From positions 11,098,001 through 11,162,000 of the forward strand of contig OZ059899.1 of NCBI GenBank assembly GCA_964057225.1: DNA of 64,000 bases, in the 5' to 3' direction. The stretch is from Auanema rhodensis. Taxonomy: Eukaryota; Animalia; Nematoda. Below the pieces are notes generated by a model, which saw only the letters and a list, made by a program, of their open reading frames with translations, did no database searches and was not told where the DNA came from. This document shows positions 35,203-49,848 of this stretch, piece after piece; positions within the stretch are counted from its first letter, which is position 1, and every line of letters begins with the position of its first letter. Made by a program: the position numbers and the translations under genes.

Positions 35203-35787
35203 ATATATATAGAGAGAGATAGAGATAACAAAAACAAAACCTACTCGCTTATCGCGACATCCGATTCATTAACTAGATCGTGGTCAGCATTTTACAACAT
35301 TGATAAAATAGAAACTGAGAAAAAAACATCAACAAATGACACTATTAACTTGGTTTTTTGAACAGCTTTTTTATATTTCTTTTTTCACTATGAGAGAACT
35401 TATATTAATTGCTTTTTCAAAATTTTCCATTTTTAACATTATACATCTTGACTATCACACATTGAGAACAACAGTTGGCAATGTTGGTTGTCACGTCATA
35501 TTTCATGCAGTTAGATTTTCAGACACATTAATACCTTTGACCATTCTTCTTATGAGTTTTGTAACGATAGATCGTAATAGGAAATGAATTGCTATAATAT
35601 GAAAAAATACAAGACATAGTCAACATTGATTTCCGAAAATAGTATCATGTTTGCTTGTTATTCAATTAGAACACTTATTTTTTGATTGTTTTCTTGAAAT
35701 ATTCTTTTTTTTTCTTTAACAAAGTTATGACTGAGATCAAAATTTGAACTTACTTTTGAACAATTAAACAGAAATACAAAAAATATT

Positions 35788-35861
35788 TGCGGCCAGCAGG
35801 GGTCGAACCTGCGACCTTGGGCTTATTAGACCCACGCTCTAACCGACTGAGCTATGGCGGC
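35788..35861 (-). tRNA. tRNA-Ile(AAT), G70C variant
   Basis: C3:C70 mismatch. Confidence 0.85.
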
Positions 35862-36454
35862 TACGAAAGTACGAAATAACAAAGCGCTGATTATAGGAAA
35901 CGTGAATGAATGCAGATATTCTCAATTCCGATTCATTAACTAGATCGTGGTCAGCATTTTACAACATTGATAAAATAGAAACTGAGAAAAAAACATCAAC
36001 AAATGACACTATTAACTTGGTTTTTTGAACAGCTTTTTTATATTTCTTTTTTCACTATGAGAGAACTTATATTAATTGCTTTTTCAAAATTTTCCATTTT
36101 TAACATTATACATCTTGACTATCACACATTGAGAACAACAGTTGGCAATGTTGGTTGTCACGTCATATTTCATGCAGTTAGATTTTCAGACACATTAATA
36201 CCTTTGACCATTCTTCTTATGAGTTTTGTAACGATAGATCGTAATAGGAAATGAATTGCTATAATATGAAAAAATACAAGACATAGTCAACATTGATTTC
36301 CGAAAATAGTATCATGTTTGCTTGTTATTCAATTAGAACACTTATTTTTTGATTGTTTTCTTGAAATATTCTTTTTTTTTCTTTAACAAAGTTATGACTG
36401 AGATCAAAATTTGAACTTACTTTTGAACAATTAAACAGAAATACAAAAAATATT

Positions 36455-36528
36455 TGCGGCCAGCAGGGGTCGAACCTGCGACCTTGGGCTTATTAGACCC
36501 ACGCTCTAACCGACTGAGCTATGGCGGC
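36455..36528 (-). tRNA. tRNA-Ile(AAT), G70C variant
   Basis: C3:C70 mismatch. Confidence 0.85.
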
Positions 36529-37121
36529 TACGAAAGTACGAAATAACAAAGCGCTGATTATAGGAAACGTGAATGAATGCAGATATTCTCAATTCCGATT
36601 CATTAACTAGATCGTGGTCAGCATTTTACAACATTGATAAAATAGAAACTGAGAAAAAAACATCAACAAATGACACTATTAACTTGGTTTTTTGAACAGC
36701 TTTTTTATATTTCTTTTTTCACTATGAGAGAACTTATATTTATTGCTTTTTCAAAATTTTCCATTTTTAACATAATACATCTTGACTATCACACATTGAG
36801 AACAACAGTTGGCAATGTTGGTTGTCACGTCATATTTCATGCAGTTAGATTTTCAGACACATTAATACCTTTGACCATTCTTCTTATGAGTTTTGTAACG
36901 ATAGATCGTAATAGGAAATGAATTGGTATAATATGAAAAAATACAAGACATAGTCAACATTGATTTCCCCAAATAGTATCATGTTTGCTTGTTATTCAAT
37001 TAGAACACTTATTTTTTGATTGTTTTCTTGAAATATTCTTTTTTTTTCTTTAACAAAGTTATGACTGAGATCAAAATTTGAACTTACTTTTGAACAATTA
37101 AACAGAAATTTAAAAAATATT

Positions 37122-37195
37122 TGCCGCCAGCAGGGGTCGAACCTGCGACCTTGGGCTTATTAGACCCACGCTCTAACCGACTGAGCTATGGCGGC
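37122..37195 (-). tRNA. tRNA-Ile(AAT)
   Basis: Consensus copy. Confidence 0.93.
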
Positions 37196-37788
37196 TACGA
37201 AAGTACGAAATAACAAAGCGTTGATTATAGGAAACGTGAATGAATGCAGATATTCTCAATTCCGATTCATTAACTAGATCGCGGTCAGCATTTTACAACA
37301 TTGATAAAATAGAAACTGAGAAAAAAACATCAACAAATGACACTATTAACTTGGTTTTTTGAACAGCTTTTTTATATTTCTTTTTTCACTATGAGAGAAC
37401 TTATATTTATTGCTTTTTCAAAATTTTCCATTTTTAACATTATACATCTTGACTATCACACATTGAGAACAACAGTTGGCAATGTTGGTTGTCACGTCAT
37501 ATTTCATGCAGTTAGATTTTCAGACACATTAATACCTTTGACCATTCTTCTTATGAGTTTTGTAACGATAGATCGTAATAGGAAATGAATTGCTATAATA
37601 TGAAAAAATACAAGACATAGTCAACATTGATTTCCCCAAATAGTATCATGTTTGCTTGTTATTCAACTAGAACACTTTTTTTTTGATTGTTTTCTTCAAA
37701 TATTCTTTTTTTTTCTTTAACAAAGTTATGACTGAGATCAAAATTTGAACTTACTTTTGAACAATTAAACAGAAATTTAAAAAATATT

Positions 37789-37862
37789 TGCGGCCAGCAG
37801 GGGTCGAACCTGCGACCTTGGGCTTATTAGACCCACGCTCTAACCGACTGAGCTATGGCGGC
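37789..37862 (-). tRNA. tRNA-Ile(AAT), G70C variant
   Basis: C3:C70 mismatch. Confidence 0.85.
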
Positions 37863-38455
37863 TACGAAAGTACGAAATAACAAAGCGCTGATTATAGGAA
37901 ACGTGAATGAATGCAGATATTCTCAATTCCGATTCATTAACTAGATCGTGGTCAGCATTTTACAACATTGATAAAATAGAAACTGAGAAAAAAACATCAA
38001 CAAATGACACTATTAACTTGGTTTTTTGAACAGCTTTTTTATATTTCTTTTTTCACTATGAGAGAACTTATATTTATTGCTTTTTCAAAATTTTCCATTT
38101 TTAACATAATACATCTTGATTATCACACATTGAGAACAACAGTTGGCAATGTTGGTTGTCACGTCATATTTCATGCAGTTAGATTTTCAGACACATTAAT
38201 ACCTTTGACCATTCTTCTTATGAGTTTTGTAACGATAGATCGTAATAGGAAATGAATTGGTATAATATGAAAAAATACAAGACATAGTCAACATTGATTT
38301 CCCCAAATAGTATCATGTTTGCTTGTTATTCAATTAGAACACTTATTTTTTGATTGTTTTCTTGAAATATTCTTTTTTTTTCTTTAACAAAGTTATGACT
38401 GAGATCAAAATTTGAACTTACTTTTGAACAATTAAACAGAAATTTAAAAAATATT

Positions 38456-38529
38456 TGCCGCCAGCAGGGGTCGAACCTGCGACCTTGGGCTTATTAGACC
38501 CACGCTCTAACCGACTGAGCTATGGCGGC
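38456..38529 (-). tRNA. tRNA-Ile(AAT)
   Basis: Consensus copy. Confidence 0.93.
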
Positions 38530-39122
38530 TACGAAAGTACGAAATAACAAAGCGTTGATTATAGGAAACGTGAATGAATGCAGATATTCTCAATTCCGAT
38601 TCATTAACTAGATCGCGGTCAGCATTTTACAACATTGATAAAATAGAAACTGAGAAAAAAACATCAACAAATGACACTATTAACTTGGTTTTTTGAACAG
38701 CTTTTTTATATTTCTTTTTTCACTATGAGAGAACTTATATTTATTGCTTTTTCAAAATTTTCCATTTTTAACATAATACATCTTGACTATCACACATTGA
38801 GAACAACAGTTGGCAATGTTGGTTGTCACGTCATATTTCATGCAGTTAGATTTTCAGACACATTAATACCTTTGACCATTCTTCTTATGAGTTTTGTAAC
38901 GATAGATCGTAATAGGAAATGAATTGGTATAATATGAAAAAATACAAGACATAGTCAACATTGATTTCCCCAAATAGTATCATGTTTGCTTGTTATTCAA
39001 TTAGAACACTTATTTTTTGATTGTTTTCTTGAAATATTCTTTTTTTTTCTTTAACAAAGTTATGACTGAGATCAAAATTTGAACTTACTTTTGAACAATT
39101 AAACAGAAATTTAAAAAATATT

Positions 39123-39196
39123 TGCCGCCAGCAGGGGTCGAACCTGCGACCTTGGGCTTATTAGACCCACGCTCTAACCGACTGAGCTATGGCGGC
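39123..39196 (-). tRNA. tRNA-Ile(AAT)
   Basis: Consensus copy. Confidence 0.93.
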
Positions 39197-39789
39197 TACG
39201 AAAGTACGAAATAACAAAGCGCTGATTATAGGAAACGTGAATGAATGCAGATATTCTCAATTCCGATTCATTAACTAGATCGTGGTCAGCATTTTACAAC
39301 ATTGATAAAATAGAAACTGAGAAAAATACATCAACAAATGACACTATTAACTTGGTTTTTTGAACAGCTTTTTTATATTTCTTTTTTCACTATGAGAGAA
39401 CTTATATTTATTGCTTTTTCAAAATTTTCCATTTTTAACATTATACATCTTGACTATCACACATTGAGAACAACAGTTGGCAATGTTGGTTGTCACGTCA
39501 TATTTCATGCAGTTAGATTTTCAGACACATTAATACCTTTGACCATTCTTCTTATGAGTTTTGTAACAATAGATCGTAATAGGAAATGAATTGCTATAAT
39601 ATGAAAAAATACAAGACATAGTCAACATTGATTTCCGAAAATAGTATCATGTTTGCTTGTTATTCAATTAGAACACTTATTTTTTGATTGTTTTCTTGAA
39701 ATATTCTTTTTTTTTCTTTAACAAAGTTATGACTGAGATCAAAATTTGAACTTACTTTTGAACAATTAAACAGAAATACAAAAAATATT

Positions 39790-39863
39790 TGCGGCCAGCA
39801 GGGGTCAAACCTGCGACCTTGGGCTTATTAGACCCACGCTCTAACCGACTGAGCTATGGCGGC
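39790..39863 (-). pseudogene. tRNA-Ile(AAT) copy with B-box C56T and G70C
   Basis: T-loop reads TTTGA. Confidence 0.7.
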
Positions 39864-40456
39864 TACGAAAGTACGAAATAACAAAGCGCTGATTATAGGA
39901 AACGTGAATGAATGCAGATATTCTCAATTCCGATTCATTAACTAGATCGTGGTCAGCATTTTACAACATTGATAAAATAGAAACTGAGAAAAAAACATCA
40001 ACAAATGACACTATTAACTTGGTTTTTTGAACAGCTTTTTTATATTTCTTTTTTCACTATGAGAGAACTTATATTTATTGCTTTTTCAAAATTTTCCATT
40101 TTTAACATAATACATCTTGACTATCACACATTGAGAACAACAGTTGGCAATGTTGGTTGTCACGTCATATTTCATGCAGTTAGATTTTCAGACACATTAA
40201 TACCTTTGACCATTCTTCTTATGAGTTTTGTAACGATAGATCGTAATAGGAAATGAATTGCTATAATATGAAAAAATACAAGACATAGTCAACATTGATT
40301 TCCCCAAATAGTATCATGTTTGCTTGTTATTCAATTAGAACACTTATTTTTTGATTGTTTTCTTGAAATATTCTTTTTTTTTCTTTAACAAAGTTATGAC
40401 TGAGATCAAAATTTGAACTTACTTTTGAACAATTAAACAGAAATTTAAAAAATATT

Positions 40457-40530
40457 TGCCGCCAGCAGGGGTCGAACCTGCGATCTTGGGCTTATTAGAC
40501 CCACGCTCTAACCGACTGAGCTATGGCGGC
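40457..40530 (-). tRNA. tRNA-Ile(AAT), G46A variant
   Basis: Variable loop AGATC. Confidence 0.85.
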
Positions 40531-40867
40531 TACGAAAGTACGAAATAACAAAGCGCTGATTATAGGAAACGTGAATGAATGCAGATATTCTCAATTCCGA
40601 TTCATTAACTAGATCGTGGTCAGCATTTTACAACATTGATAAAATAGAAACTGAGAAAAAAACATCAACAAATGACACTATTAACTTGGTTTTTTTAACA
40701 GCTTTTTTATATTTCTTTTTTCACTATGAGAGAACTTATATTTATTGCTTTTTCAAAATTTTCCATTTTTAACATTATACATCTTGACTATCACACATTG
40801 AGAACAACAGTTGGCAATGTTGGTTGTCACGTCATATTTCATGAAAAACAGAAATTTAAAAAATATT

Positions 40868-40941
40868 TGCCGCCAGCAGGGGTCGAACCTGCGACCTTGG
40901 GCTTATTAGACCCACGCTCTAACCGACTGAGCTATGGCGGC
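40868..40941 (-). tRNA. tRNA-Ile(AAT)
   Basis: Consensus copy. Confidence 0.93.
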
Positions 40942-41278
40942 TACGAAAGTACGAAATAACAAAGCGCTGATTATAGGAAACGTGAATGAATGCAGATATT
41001 CTCAATTCCGATTCATTAACTAGATCGTGGTCAGCATTTTACAACATTGATAAAATAGAAACTGAGAAAAAAACATCAACAAATGACACTATTAACTTGG
41101 TTTTTTTAACAGCTTTTTTATATTTCTTTTTTCACTATGAGAGAACTTATATTTATTGCTTTTTCAAAATTTTCCATTTTTAACATTATACATCTTGACT
41201 ATCACACATTGAGAACAACAGTTGGCAATGTTGGTTGTCACGTCATATTTCATGAAAAACAGAAATTTAAAAAATATT

Positions 41279-41352
41279 TGCCGCCAGCAGGGGTCGAACC
41301 TGCGACCTTGGGCTTATTAGACCCACGCTCTAACCGACTGAGCTATGGCGGC
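41279..41352 (-). tRNA. tRNA-Ile(AAT)
   Basis: Consensus copy. Confidence 0.93.
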
Positions 41353-41945
41353 TACGAAAGTACGAAATAACGAAGCGCTGATTATAGGAAACGTGAATGA
41401 ATGCAGATATTCTCAATTCCGATTCATTAACTAGATCGTGGTCAGCATTTTACAACATTGATAAAATAGAAACTGAGAAAAAAACATCAACAAATGACAC
41501 TATTAACTTGGTTTTTTGAACAGCTTTTTTATATTTCTTTTTTCACTATGAGAGAACTTATATTTATTGCTTTTTCAAAATTTTCCATTTTTAACATAAT
41601 ACATCTTGACTATCACACATTGAGAACAACAGTTGGCAATGTTGGTTGTCACGTCATATTTCATGCAGTTAGATTTTCAGACACATTAATACCTTTGACC
41701 ATTCTTCTTATGAGTTTTGTAACAATAGATCGTAATAGGAAATGAATTGCTATAATATGAAAAAATACAAGACATAGTCAACATTGATTTCCGAAAATAG
41801 TATCATGTTTGCTTGTTATTCAATTAGAACACTTATTTTTTGATTGTTTTCTTGAAATATTCTTTTTTTTTCTTTAACAAAGTTATGACTGAGATCAAAA
41901 TTTGAACTTACTTTTGAACAATTAAACAGAAATACAAAAAATATT

Positions 41946-42019
41946 TGCGGCCAGCAGGGGTCGAACCTGCGACCTTGGGCTTATTAGACCCACGCTCTAA
42001 CCGACTGAGCTATGGCGGC
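41946..42019 (-). tRNA. tRNA-Ile(AAT), G70C variant
   Basis: C3:C70 mismatch. Confidence 0.85.
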
Positions 42020-42612
42020 TACGAAAGTACGAAATAACAAAGCGCTGATTATAGGAAACGTGAATGAATGCAGATATTCTCAATTCCGATTCATTAACTA
42101 GATCGTGGTCAGCATTTTACAACATTGATAAAATAGAAACTGAGAAAAAAACATCAACAAATGACACTATTAACTTGGTTTTTTGAACAGCTTTTTTATA
42201 TTTCTTTTTTCACTATGAGAGAACTTATATTTATTGCTTTTTCAAAATTTTCCATTTTTAACATAATACATCTTGATTATCACACATTGAGAACAACAGT
42301 TGGCAATGTTGGTTGTCACGTCATATTTCATGCAGTTAGATTTTCAGACACATTAATACCTTTGACCATTCTTCTTATGAGTTTTGTAACAATAGATCGT
42401 AATAGGAAATGAATTGCTATAATATGAAAAAATACAAGACATAGTCAACATTGATTTCCGAAAATAGTATCATGTTTGCTTGTTATTCAATTAGAACACT
42501 TATTTTTTGATTGTTTTCTTGAAATATTCTTTTTTTTTCTTTAACAAAGTTATGACTGAGATCAAAATTTGAACTTACTTTTGAACAATTAAACAGAAAT
42601 ACAAAAAATATT

Positions 42613-42686
42613 TGCGGCCAGCAGGGGTCGAACCTGCGACCTTGGGCTTATTAGACCCACGCTCTAACCGACTGAGCTATGGCGGC
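42613..42686 (-). tRNA. tRNA-Ile(AAT), G70C variant
   Basis: C3:C70 mismatch. Confidence 0.85.
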
Positions 42687-43279
42687 TACGAAAGTACGAA
42701 ATAACAAAGCGCTGATTATAGGAAACGTGAATGAATGCAGATATTCTCAATTCCGATTCATTAACTAGATCGTGGTCAGCATTTTACAACATTGATAAAA
42801 TAGAAACTGAGAAAAAAACATCAACAAATGACACTATTAACTTGGTTTTTTGAACAGCTTTTTTATATTTCTTTTTTCACTATGAGAGAACTTATATTTA
42901 TTGCTTTTTCAAAATTTTCCATTTTTAACATAATACATCTTGATTATCACACATTGAGAACAACAGTTGGCAATGTTGGTTGTCACGTCATATTTCATGC
43001 AGTTAGATTTTCAGACACATTAATACCTTTGACCATTCTTCTTATGAGTTTTGTAACGATAGATCGTAATAGGAAATGAATTGGTATAATATGAAAAAAT
43101 ACAAGACATAGTCAACATTGATTTCCCCAAATAGTATCATGTTTGCTTGTTATTCAATTAGAACACTTATTTTTTGATTGTTTTCTTGAAATATTCTTTT
43201 TTTTTCTTTAACAAAGTTATGACTGAGATCAAAATTTGAACTTACTTTTGAACAATTAAACAGAAATTTAAAAAATATT

Positions 43280-43353
43280 TGCCGCCAGCAGGGGTCGAAC
43301 CTGCGACCTTGGGCTTATTAGACCCACGCTCTAACCGACTGAGCTATGGCGGC
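43280..43353 (-). tRNA. tRNA-Ile(AAT)
   Basis: Consensus copy. Confidence 0.93.
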
Positions 43354-43946
43354 TACGAAAGTACGAAATAACAAAGCGTTGATTATAGGAAACGTGAATG
43401 AATGCAGATATTCTCAATTCCGATTCATTAACTAGATCGCGGTCAGCATTTTACAACATTGATAAAATAGAAACTGAGAAAAAAACATCAACAAATGACA
43501 CTATTAACTTGGTTTTTTGAACAGCTTTTTTATATTTCTTTTTTCACTATGAGAGAACTTATATTTATTGCTTTTTCAAAATTTTCCATTTTTAACATAA
43601 TACATCTTGACTATCACACATTGAGAACAACAGTTGGCAATGTTGGTTGTCACGTCATATTTCATGCAGTTAGATTTTCAGACACATTAATACCTTTGAC
43701 CATTCTTCTTATGAGTTTTGTAACGATAGATCGTAATAGGAAATGAATTGGTATAATATGAAAAAATACAAGACATAGTCAACATTGATTTCCCCAAATA
43801 GTATCATGTTTGCTTGTTATTCAATTAGAACACTTATTTTTTGATTGTTTTCTTGAAATATTCTTTTTTTTTCTTTAACAAAGTTATGACTGAGATCAAA
43901 ATTTGAACTTACTTTTGAACAATTAAACAGAAATTTAAAAAATATT

Positions 43947-44020
43947 TGCCGCCAGCAGGGGTCGAACCTGCGACCTTGGGCTTATTAGACCCACGCTCTA
44001 ACCGACTGAGCTATGGCGGC
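43947..44020 (-). tRNA. tRNA-Ile(AAT)
   Basis: Consensus copy. Confidence 0.93.
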
Positions 44021-44613
44021 TACGAAAGTACGAAATAACAAAGCGCTGATTATAGGAAACGTGAATGAATGCAGATATTCTCAATTCCGATTCATTAACT
44101 AGATCGTGGTCAGCATTTTACAACATTGATAAAATAGAAACTGAGAAAAATACATCAACAAATGACACTATTAACTTGGTTTTTTGAACAGCTTTTTTAT
44201 ATTTCTTTTTTCACTATGAGAGAACTTATATTTATTGCTTTTTCAAAATTTTCCATTTTTAACATTATACATCTTGACTATCACACATTGAGAACAACAG
44301 TTGGCAATGTTGGTTGTCACGTCATATTTCATGCAGTTAGATTTTCAGACACATTAATACCTTTGACCATTCTTCTTATGAGTTTTGTAACAATAGATCG
44401 TAATAGGAAATGAATTGCTATAATATGAAAAAATACAAGACATAGTCAACATTGATTTCCGAAAATAGTATCATGTTTGCTTGTTATTCAATTAGAACAC
44501 TTATTTTTTGATTGTTTTCTTGAAATATTCTTTTTTTTTCTTTAACAAAGTTATGACTGAGATCAAAATTTGAACTTACTTTTGAACAATTAAACAGAAA
44601 TACAAAAAATATT

Positions 44614-44687
44614 TGCGGCCAGCAGGGGTCAAACCTGCGACCTTGGGCTTATTAGACCCACGCTCTAACCGACTGAGCTATGGCGGC
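44614..44687 (-). pseudogene. tRNA-Ile(AAT) copy with B-box C56T and G70C
   Basis: T-loop reads TTTGA. Confidence 0.7.
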
Positions 44688-45280
44688 TACGAAAGTACGA
44701 AATAACAAAGCGCTGATTATAGGAAACGTGAATGAATGCAGATATTCTCAATTCCGATTCATTAACTAGATCGTGGTCAGCATTTTACAACATTGATAAA
44801 ATAGAAACTGAGAAAAAAACATCAACAAATGACACTATTAACTTGGTTTTTTGAACAGCTTTTTTATATTTCTTTTTTCACTATGAGAGAACTTATATTT
44901 ATTGCTTTTTCAAAATTTTCCATTTTTAACATAATACATCTTGACTATCACACATTGAGAACAACAGTTGGCAATGTTGGTTGTCACGTCATATTTCATG
45001 CAGTTAGATTTTCAGACACATTAATACCTTTGACCATTCTTCTTATGAGTTTTGTAACGATAGATCGTAATAGGAAATGAATTGCTATAATATGAAAAAA
45101 TACAAGACATAGTCAACATTGATTTCCCCAAATAGTATCATGTTTGCTTGTTATTCAATTAGAACACTTATTTTTTGATTGTTTTCTTGAAATATTCTTT
45201 TTTTTTCTTTAACAAAGTTATGACTGAGATCAAAATTTGAACTTACTTTTGAACAATTAAACAGAAATTTAAAAAATATT

Positions 45281-45354
45281 TGCCGCCAGCAGGGGTCGAA
45301 CCTGCGATCTTGGGCTTATTAGACCCACGCTCTAACCGACTGAGCTATGGCGGC
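45281..45354 (-). tRNA. tRNA-Ile(AAT), G46A variant
   Basis: Variable loop AGATC. Confidence 0.85.
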
Positions 45355-45691
45355 TACGAAAGTACGAAATAACAAAGCGCTGATTATAGGAAACGTGAAT
45401 GAATGCAGATATTCTCAATTCCGATTCATTAACTAGATCGTGGTCAGCATTTTACAACATTGATAAAATAGAAACTGAGAAAAAAACATCAACAAATGAC
45501 ACTATTAACTTGGTTTTTTTAACAGCTTTTTTATATTTCTTTTTTCACTATGAGAGAACTTATATTTATTGCTTTTTCAAAATTTTCCATTTTTAACATT
45601 ATACATCTTGACTATCACACATTGAGAACAACAGTTGGCAATGTTGGTTGTCACGTCATATTTCATGAAAAACAGAAATTTAAAAAATATT

Positions 45692-45765
45692 TGCCGCCAG
45701 CAGGGGTCGAACCTGCGACCTTGGGCTTATTAGACCCACGCTCTAACCGACTGAGCTATGGCGGC
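45692..45765 (-). tRNA. tRNA-Ile(AAT)
   Basis: Consensus copy. Confidence 0.93.
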
Positions 45766-46358
45766 TACGAAAGTACGAAATAACGAAGCGCTGATTATAG
45801 GAAACGTGAATGAATGCAGATATTCTCAATTCCGATTCATTAACTAGATCGTGGTCAGCATTTTACAACATTGATAAAATAGAAACTGAGAAAAAAACAT
45901 CAACAAATGACACTATTAACTTGGTTTTTTGAACAGCTTTTTTATATTTCTTTTTTCACTATGAGAGAACTTATATTTATTGCTTTTTCAAAATTTTCCA
46001 TTTTTAACATAATACATCTTGACTATCACACATTGAGAACAACAGTTGGCAATGTTGGTTGTCACGTCATATTTCATGCAGTTAGATTTTCAGACACATT
46101 AATACCTTTGACCATTCTTCTTATGAGTTTTGTAACAATAGATCGTAATAGGAAATGAATTGCTATAATATGAAAAAATACAAGACATAGTCAACATTGA
46201 TTTCCGAAAATAGTATCATGTTTGCTTGTTATTCAATTAGAACACTTATTTTTTGATTGTTTTCTTGAAATATTCTTTTTTTTTCTTTAACAAAGTTATG
46301 ACTGAGATCAAAATTTGAACTTACTTTTGAACAATTAAACAGAAATACAAAAAATATT

Positions 46359-46432
46359 TGCGGCCAGCAGGGGTCGAACCTGCGACCTTGGGCTTATTAG
46401 ACCCACGCTCTAACCGACTGAGCTATGGCGGC
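46359..46432 (-). tRNA. tRNA-Ile(AAT), G70C variant
   Basis: C3:C70 mismatch. Confidence 0.85.
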
Positions 46433-47025
46433 TACGAAAGTACGAAATAACAAAGCGCTGATTATAGGAAACGTGAATGAATGCAGATATTCTCAATTCC
46501 GATTCATTAACTAGATCGTGGTCAGCATTTTACAACATTGATAAAATAGAAACTGAGAAAAAAACATCAACAAATGACACTATTAACTTGGTTTTTTGAA
46601 CAGCTTTTTTATATTTCTTTTTTCACTATGAGAGAACTTATATTTATTGCTTTTTCAAAATTTTCCATTTTTAACATAATACATCTTGACTATCACACAT
46701 TGAGAACAACAGTTGGCAATGTTGGTTGTCACGTCATATTTCATGCAGTTAGATTTTCAGACACATTAATACCTTTGACCATTCTTCTTATGAGTTTTGT
46801 AACGATAGATCGTAATAGGAAATGAATTGCTATAATATGAAAAAATACAAGACATAGTCAACATTGATTTCCCCAAATAGTATCATGTTTGCTTGTTATT
46901 CAATTAGAACACTTATTTTTTGATTGTTTTCTTGAAATATTCTTTTTTTTTCTTTAACAAAGTTATGACTGAGATCAAAATTTGAACTTACTTTTGAACA
47001 ATTAAACAGAAATTTAAAAAATATT

Positions 47026-47099
47026 TGCCGCCAGCAGGGGTCGAACCTGCGACCTTGGGCTTATTAGACCCACGCTCTAACCGACTGAGCTATGGCGGC
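47026..47099 (-). tRNA. tRNA-Ile(AAT)
   Basis: Consensus copy. Confidence 0.93.
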
Positions 47100-47436
47100 T
47101 ACGAAAGTACGAAATAACAAAGCGCTGATTATAGGAAACGTGAATGAATGCAGATATTCTCAATTCCGATTCATTAACTAGATCGTGGTCAGCATTTTAC
47201 AACATTGATAAAATAGAAACTGAGAAAAAAACATCAACAAATGACACTATTAACTTGGTTTTTTTAACAGCTTTTTTATATTTCTTTTTTCACTATGAGA
47301 GAACTTATATTTATTGCTTTTTCAAAATTTTCCATTTTTAACATTATACATCTTGACTATCACACATTGAGAACAACAGTTGGCAATGTTGGTTGTCACG
47401 TCATATTTCATGAAAAACAGAAATTTAAAAAATATT

Positions 47437-47510
47437 TGCCGCCAGCAGGGGTCGAACCTGCGACCTTGGGCTTATTAGACCCACGCTCTAACCGACTGAG
47501 CTATGGCGGC
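47437..47510 (-). tRNA. tRNA-Ile(AAT)
   Basis: Consensus copy. Confidence 0.93.
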
Positions 47511-48103
47511 TACGAAAGTACGAAATAACGAAGCGCTGATTATAGGAAACGTGAATGAATGCAGATATTCTCAATTCCGATTCATTAACTAGATCGTGGT
47601 CAGCATTTTACAACATTGATAAAATAGAAACTGAGAAAAAAACATCAACAAATGACACTATTAACTTGGTTTTTTGAACAGCTTTTTTATATTTCTTTTT
47701 TCACTATGAGAGAACTTATATTTATTGCTTTTTCAAAATTTTCCATTTTTAACATAATACATCTTGACTATCACACATTGAGAACAACAGTTGGCAATGT
47801 TGGTTGTCACGTCATATTTCATGCAGTTAGATTTTCAGACACATTAATACCTTTGACCATTCTTCTTATGAGTTTTGTAACAATAGATCGTAATAGGAAA
47901 TGAATTGCTATAATATGAAAAAATACAAGACATAGTCAACATTGATTTCCGAAAATAGTATCATGTTTGCTTGTTATTCAATTAGAACACTTATTTTTTG
48001 ATTGTTTTCTTGAAATATTCTTTTTTTTTCTTTAACAAAGTTATGACTGAGATCAAAATTTGAACTTACTTTTGAACAATTAAACAGAAATTTAAAAAAT
48101 ATT

Positions 48104-48177
48104 TGCCGCCAGCAGGGGTCGAACCTGCGACCTTGGGCTTATTAGACCCACGCTCTAACCGACTGAGCTATGGCGGC
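48104..48177 (-). tRNA. tRNA-Ile(AAT)
   Basis: Consensus copy. Confidence 0.93.
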
Positions 48178-48770
48178 TACGAAAGTACGAAATAACAAAG
48201 CGCTGATTATGGGAAACGTGAATGAATGCAGATATTCTCAATTCCGATTCATTAACTAGATCGTGGTCAGCATTTTACAACATTGATAAAATAGAAACTG
48301 AGAAAAATACATCAACAAATGACACTATTAACTTGGTTTTTTGAACAGCTTTTTTATATTTCTTTTTTCACTATGAGAGAACTTATATTTATTGCTTTTT
48401 CAAAATTTTCCATTTTTAACATTATACATCTTGACTATCACACATTGAGAACAACAGTTGGCAATGTTGGTTGTCACGTCATATTTCATGCAGTTAGATT
48501 TTCAGACACATTAATACCTTTGACCATTCTTCTTATGAGTTTTGTAACGATAGATCGTAATAGGAAATGAATTGGTATAATATGAAAAAATACAAGACAT
48601 AGTCAACATTGATTTCCCCAAATAGTATCATGTTTGCTTGTTATTCAATTAGAACACTTATTTTTTGATTGTTTTCTTGAAATATTCTTTTTTTTTCTTT
48701 AACAAAGTTATGACTGAGATCAAAATTTGAACTTACTTTTGAACAATTAAACAGAAATTTAAAAAATATT

Positions 48771-48844
48771 TGCCGCCAGCAGGGGTCGAACCTGCGACCT
48801 TGGGCTTATTAGACCCACGCTCTAACCGACTGAGCTATGGCGGC
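48771..48844 (-). tRNA. tRNA-Ile(AAT)
   Basis: Consensus copy. Confidence 0.93.
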
Positions 48845-49181
48845 TACGAAAGTACGAAATAACAAAGCGCTGATTATAGGAAACGTGAATGAATGCAGAT
48901 ATTCTCAATTCCGATTCATTAACTAGATCGTGGTCAGCATTTTACAACATTGATAAAATAGAAACTGAGAAAAAAACATCAACAAATGACACTATTAACT
49001 TGGTTTTTTTAACAGCTTTTTTATATTTCTTTTTTCACTATGAGAGAACTTATATTTATTGCTTTTTCAAAATTTTCCATTTTTAACATTATACATCTTG
49101 ACTATCACACATTGAGAACAACAGTTGGCAATGTTGGTTGTCACGTCATATTTCATGAAAAACAGAAATTTAAAAAATATT

Positions 49182-49255
49182 TGCCGCCAGCAGGGGTCGA
49201 ACCTGCGACCTTGGGCTTATTAGACCCACGCTCTAACCGACTGAGCTATGGCGGC
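49182..49255 (-). tRNA. tRNA-Ile(AAT)
   Basis: Consensus copy. Confidence 0.93.
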
Positions 49256-49848
49256 TACGAAAGTACGAAATAACAAAGCGCTGATTATAGGAAACGTGAA
49301 TGAATGCAGATATTCTCAATTCCGATTCATTAACTAGATCGTGGTCAGCATTTTACAACATTGATAAAATAGAAACTGAGAAAAAAACATCAACAAATGA
49401 CACTATTAACTTGGTTTTTTGAACAGCTTTTTTATATTTCTTTTTTCACTATGAGAGAACTTATATTTATTGCTTTTTCAAAATTTTCCATTTTTAACAT
49501 AATACATCTTGACTATCACACATTGAGAACAACAGTTGGCAATGTTGGTTGTCACGTCATATTTCATGCAGTTAGATTTTCAGACACATTAATACCTTTG
49601 ACCATTCTTCTTATGAGTTTTGTAACGATAGATCGTAATAGGAAATGAATTGGTATAATATGAAAAAATACAAGACATAGTCAACATTGATTTCCCCAAA
49701 TAGTATCATGTTTGCTTGTTATTCAATTAGAACACTTATTTTTTGATTGTTTTCTTGAAATATTCTTTTTTTTTCTTTAACAAAGTTATGACTGAGATCA
49801 AAATTTGAACTTACTTTTGAACAATTAAACAGAAATTTAAAAAATATT

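Larger units (their letters stand above)
28597..35259 (-). mobile_element. Family A solo LTR split by the family B element
   Basis: Left half 28597-28727, right half 35035-35259, TCCGA on both outer sides. Confidence 0.8.

Noticed and set aside
34538-35259. Reading TGTGGCG..CGACA (722 bp) as the LTR of the gag/IN element, with the ~330-bp copies as deletion derivatives
   Set aside because: The inner 366 bp has its own inverted termini, an AATG TSD and an adjacent PPT, so it is a nested element.
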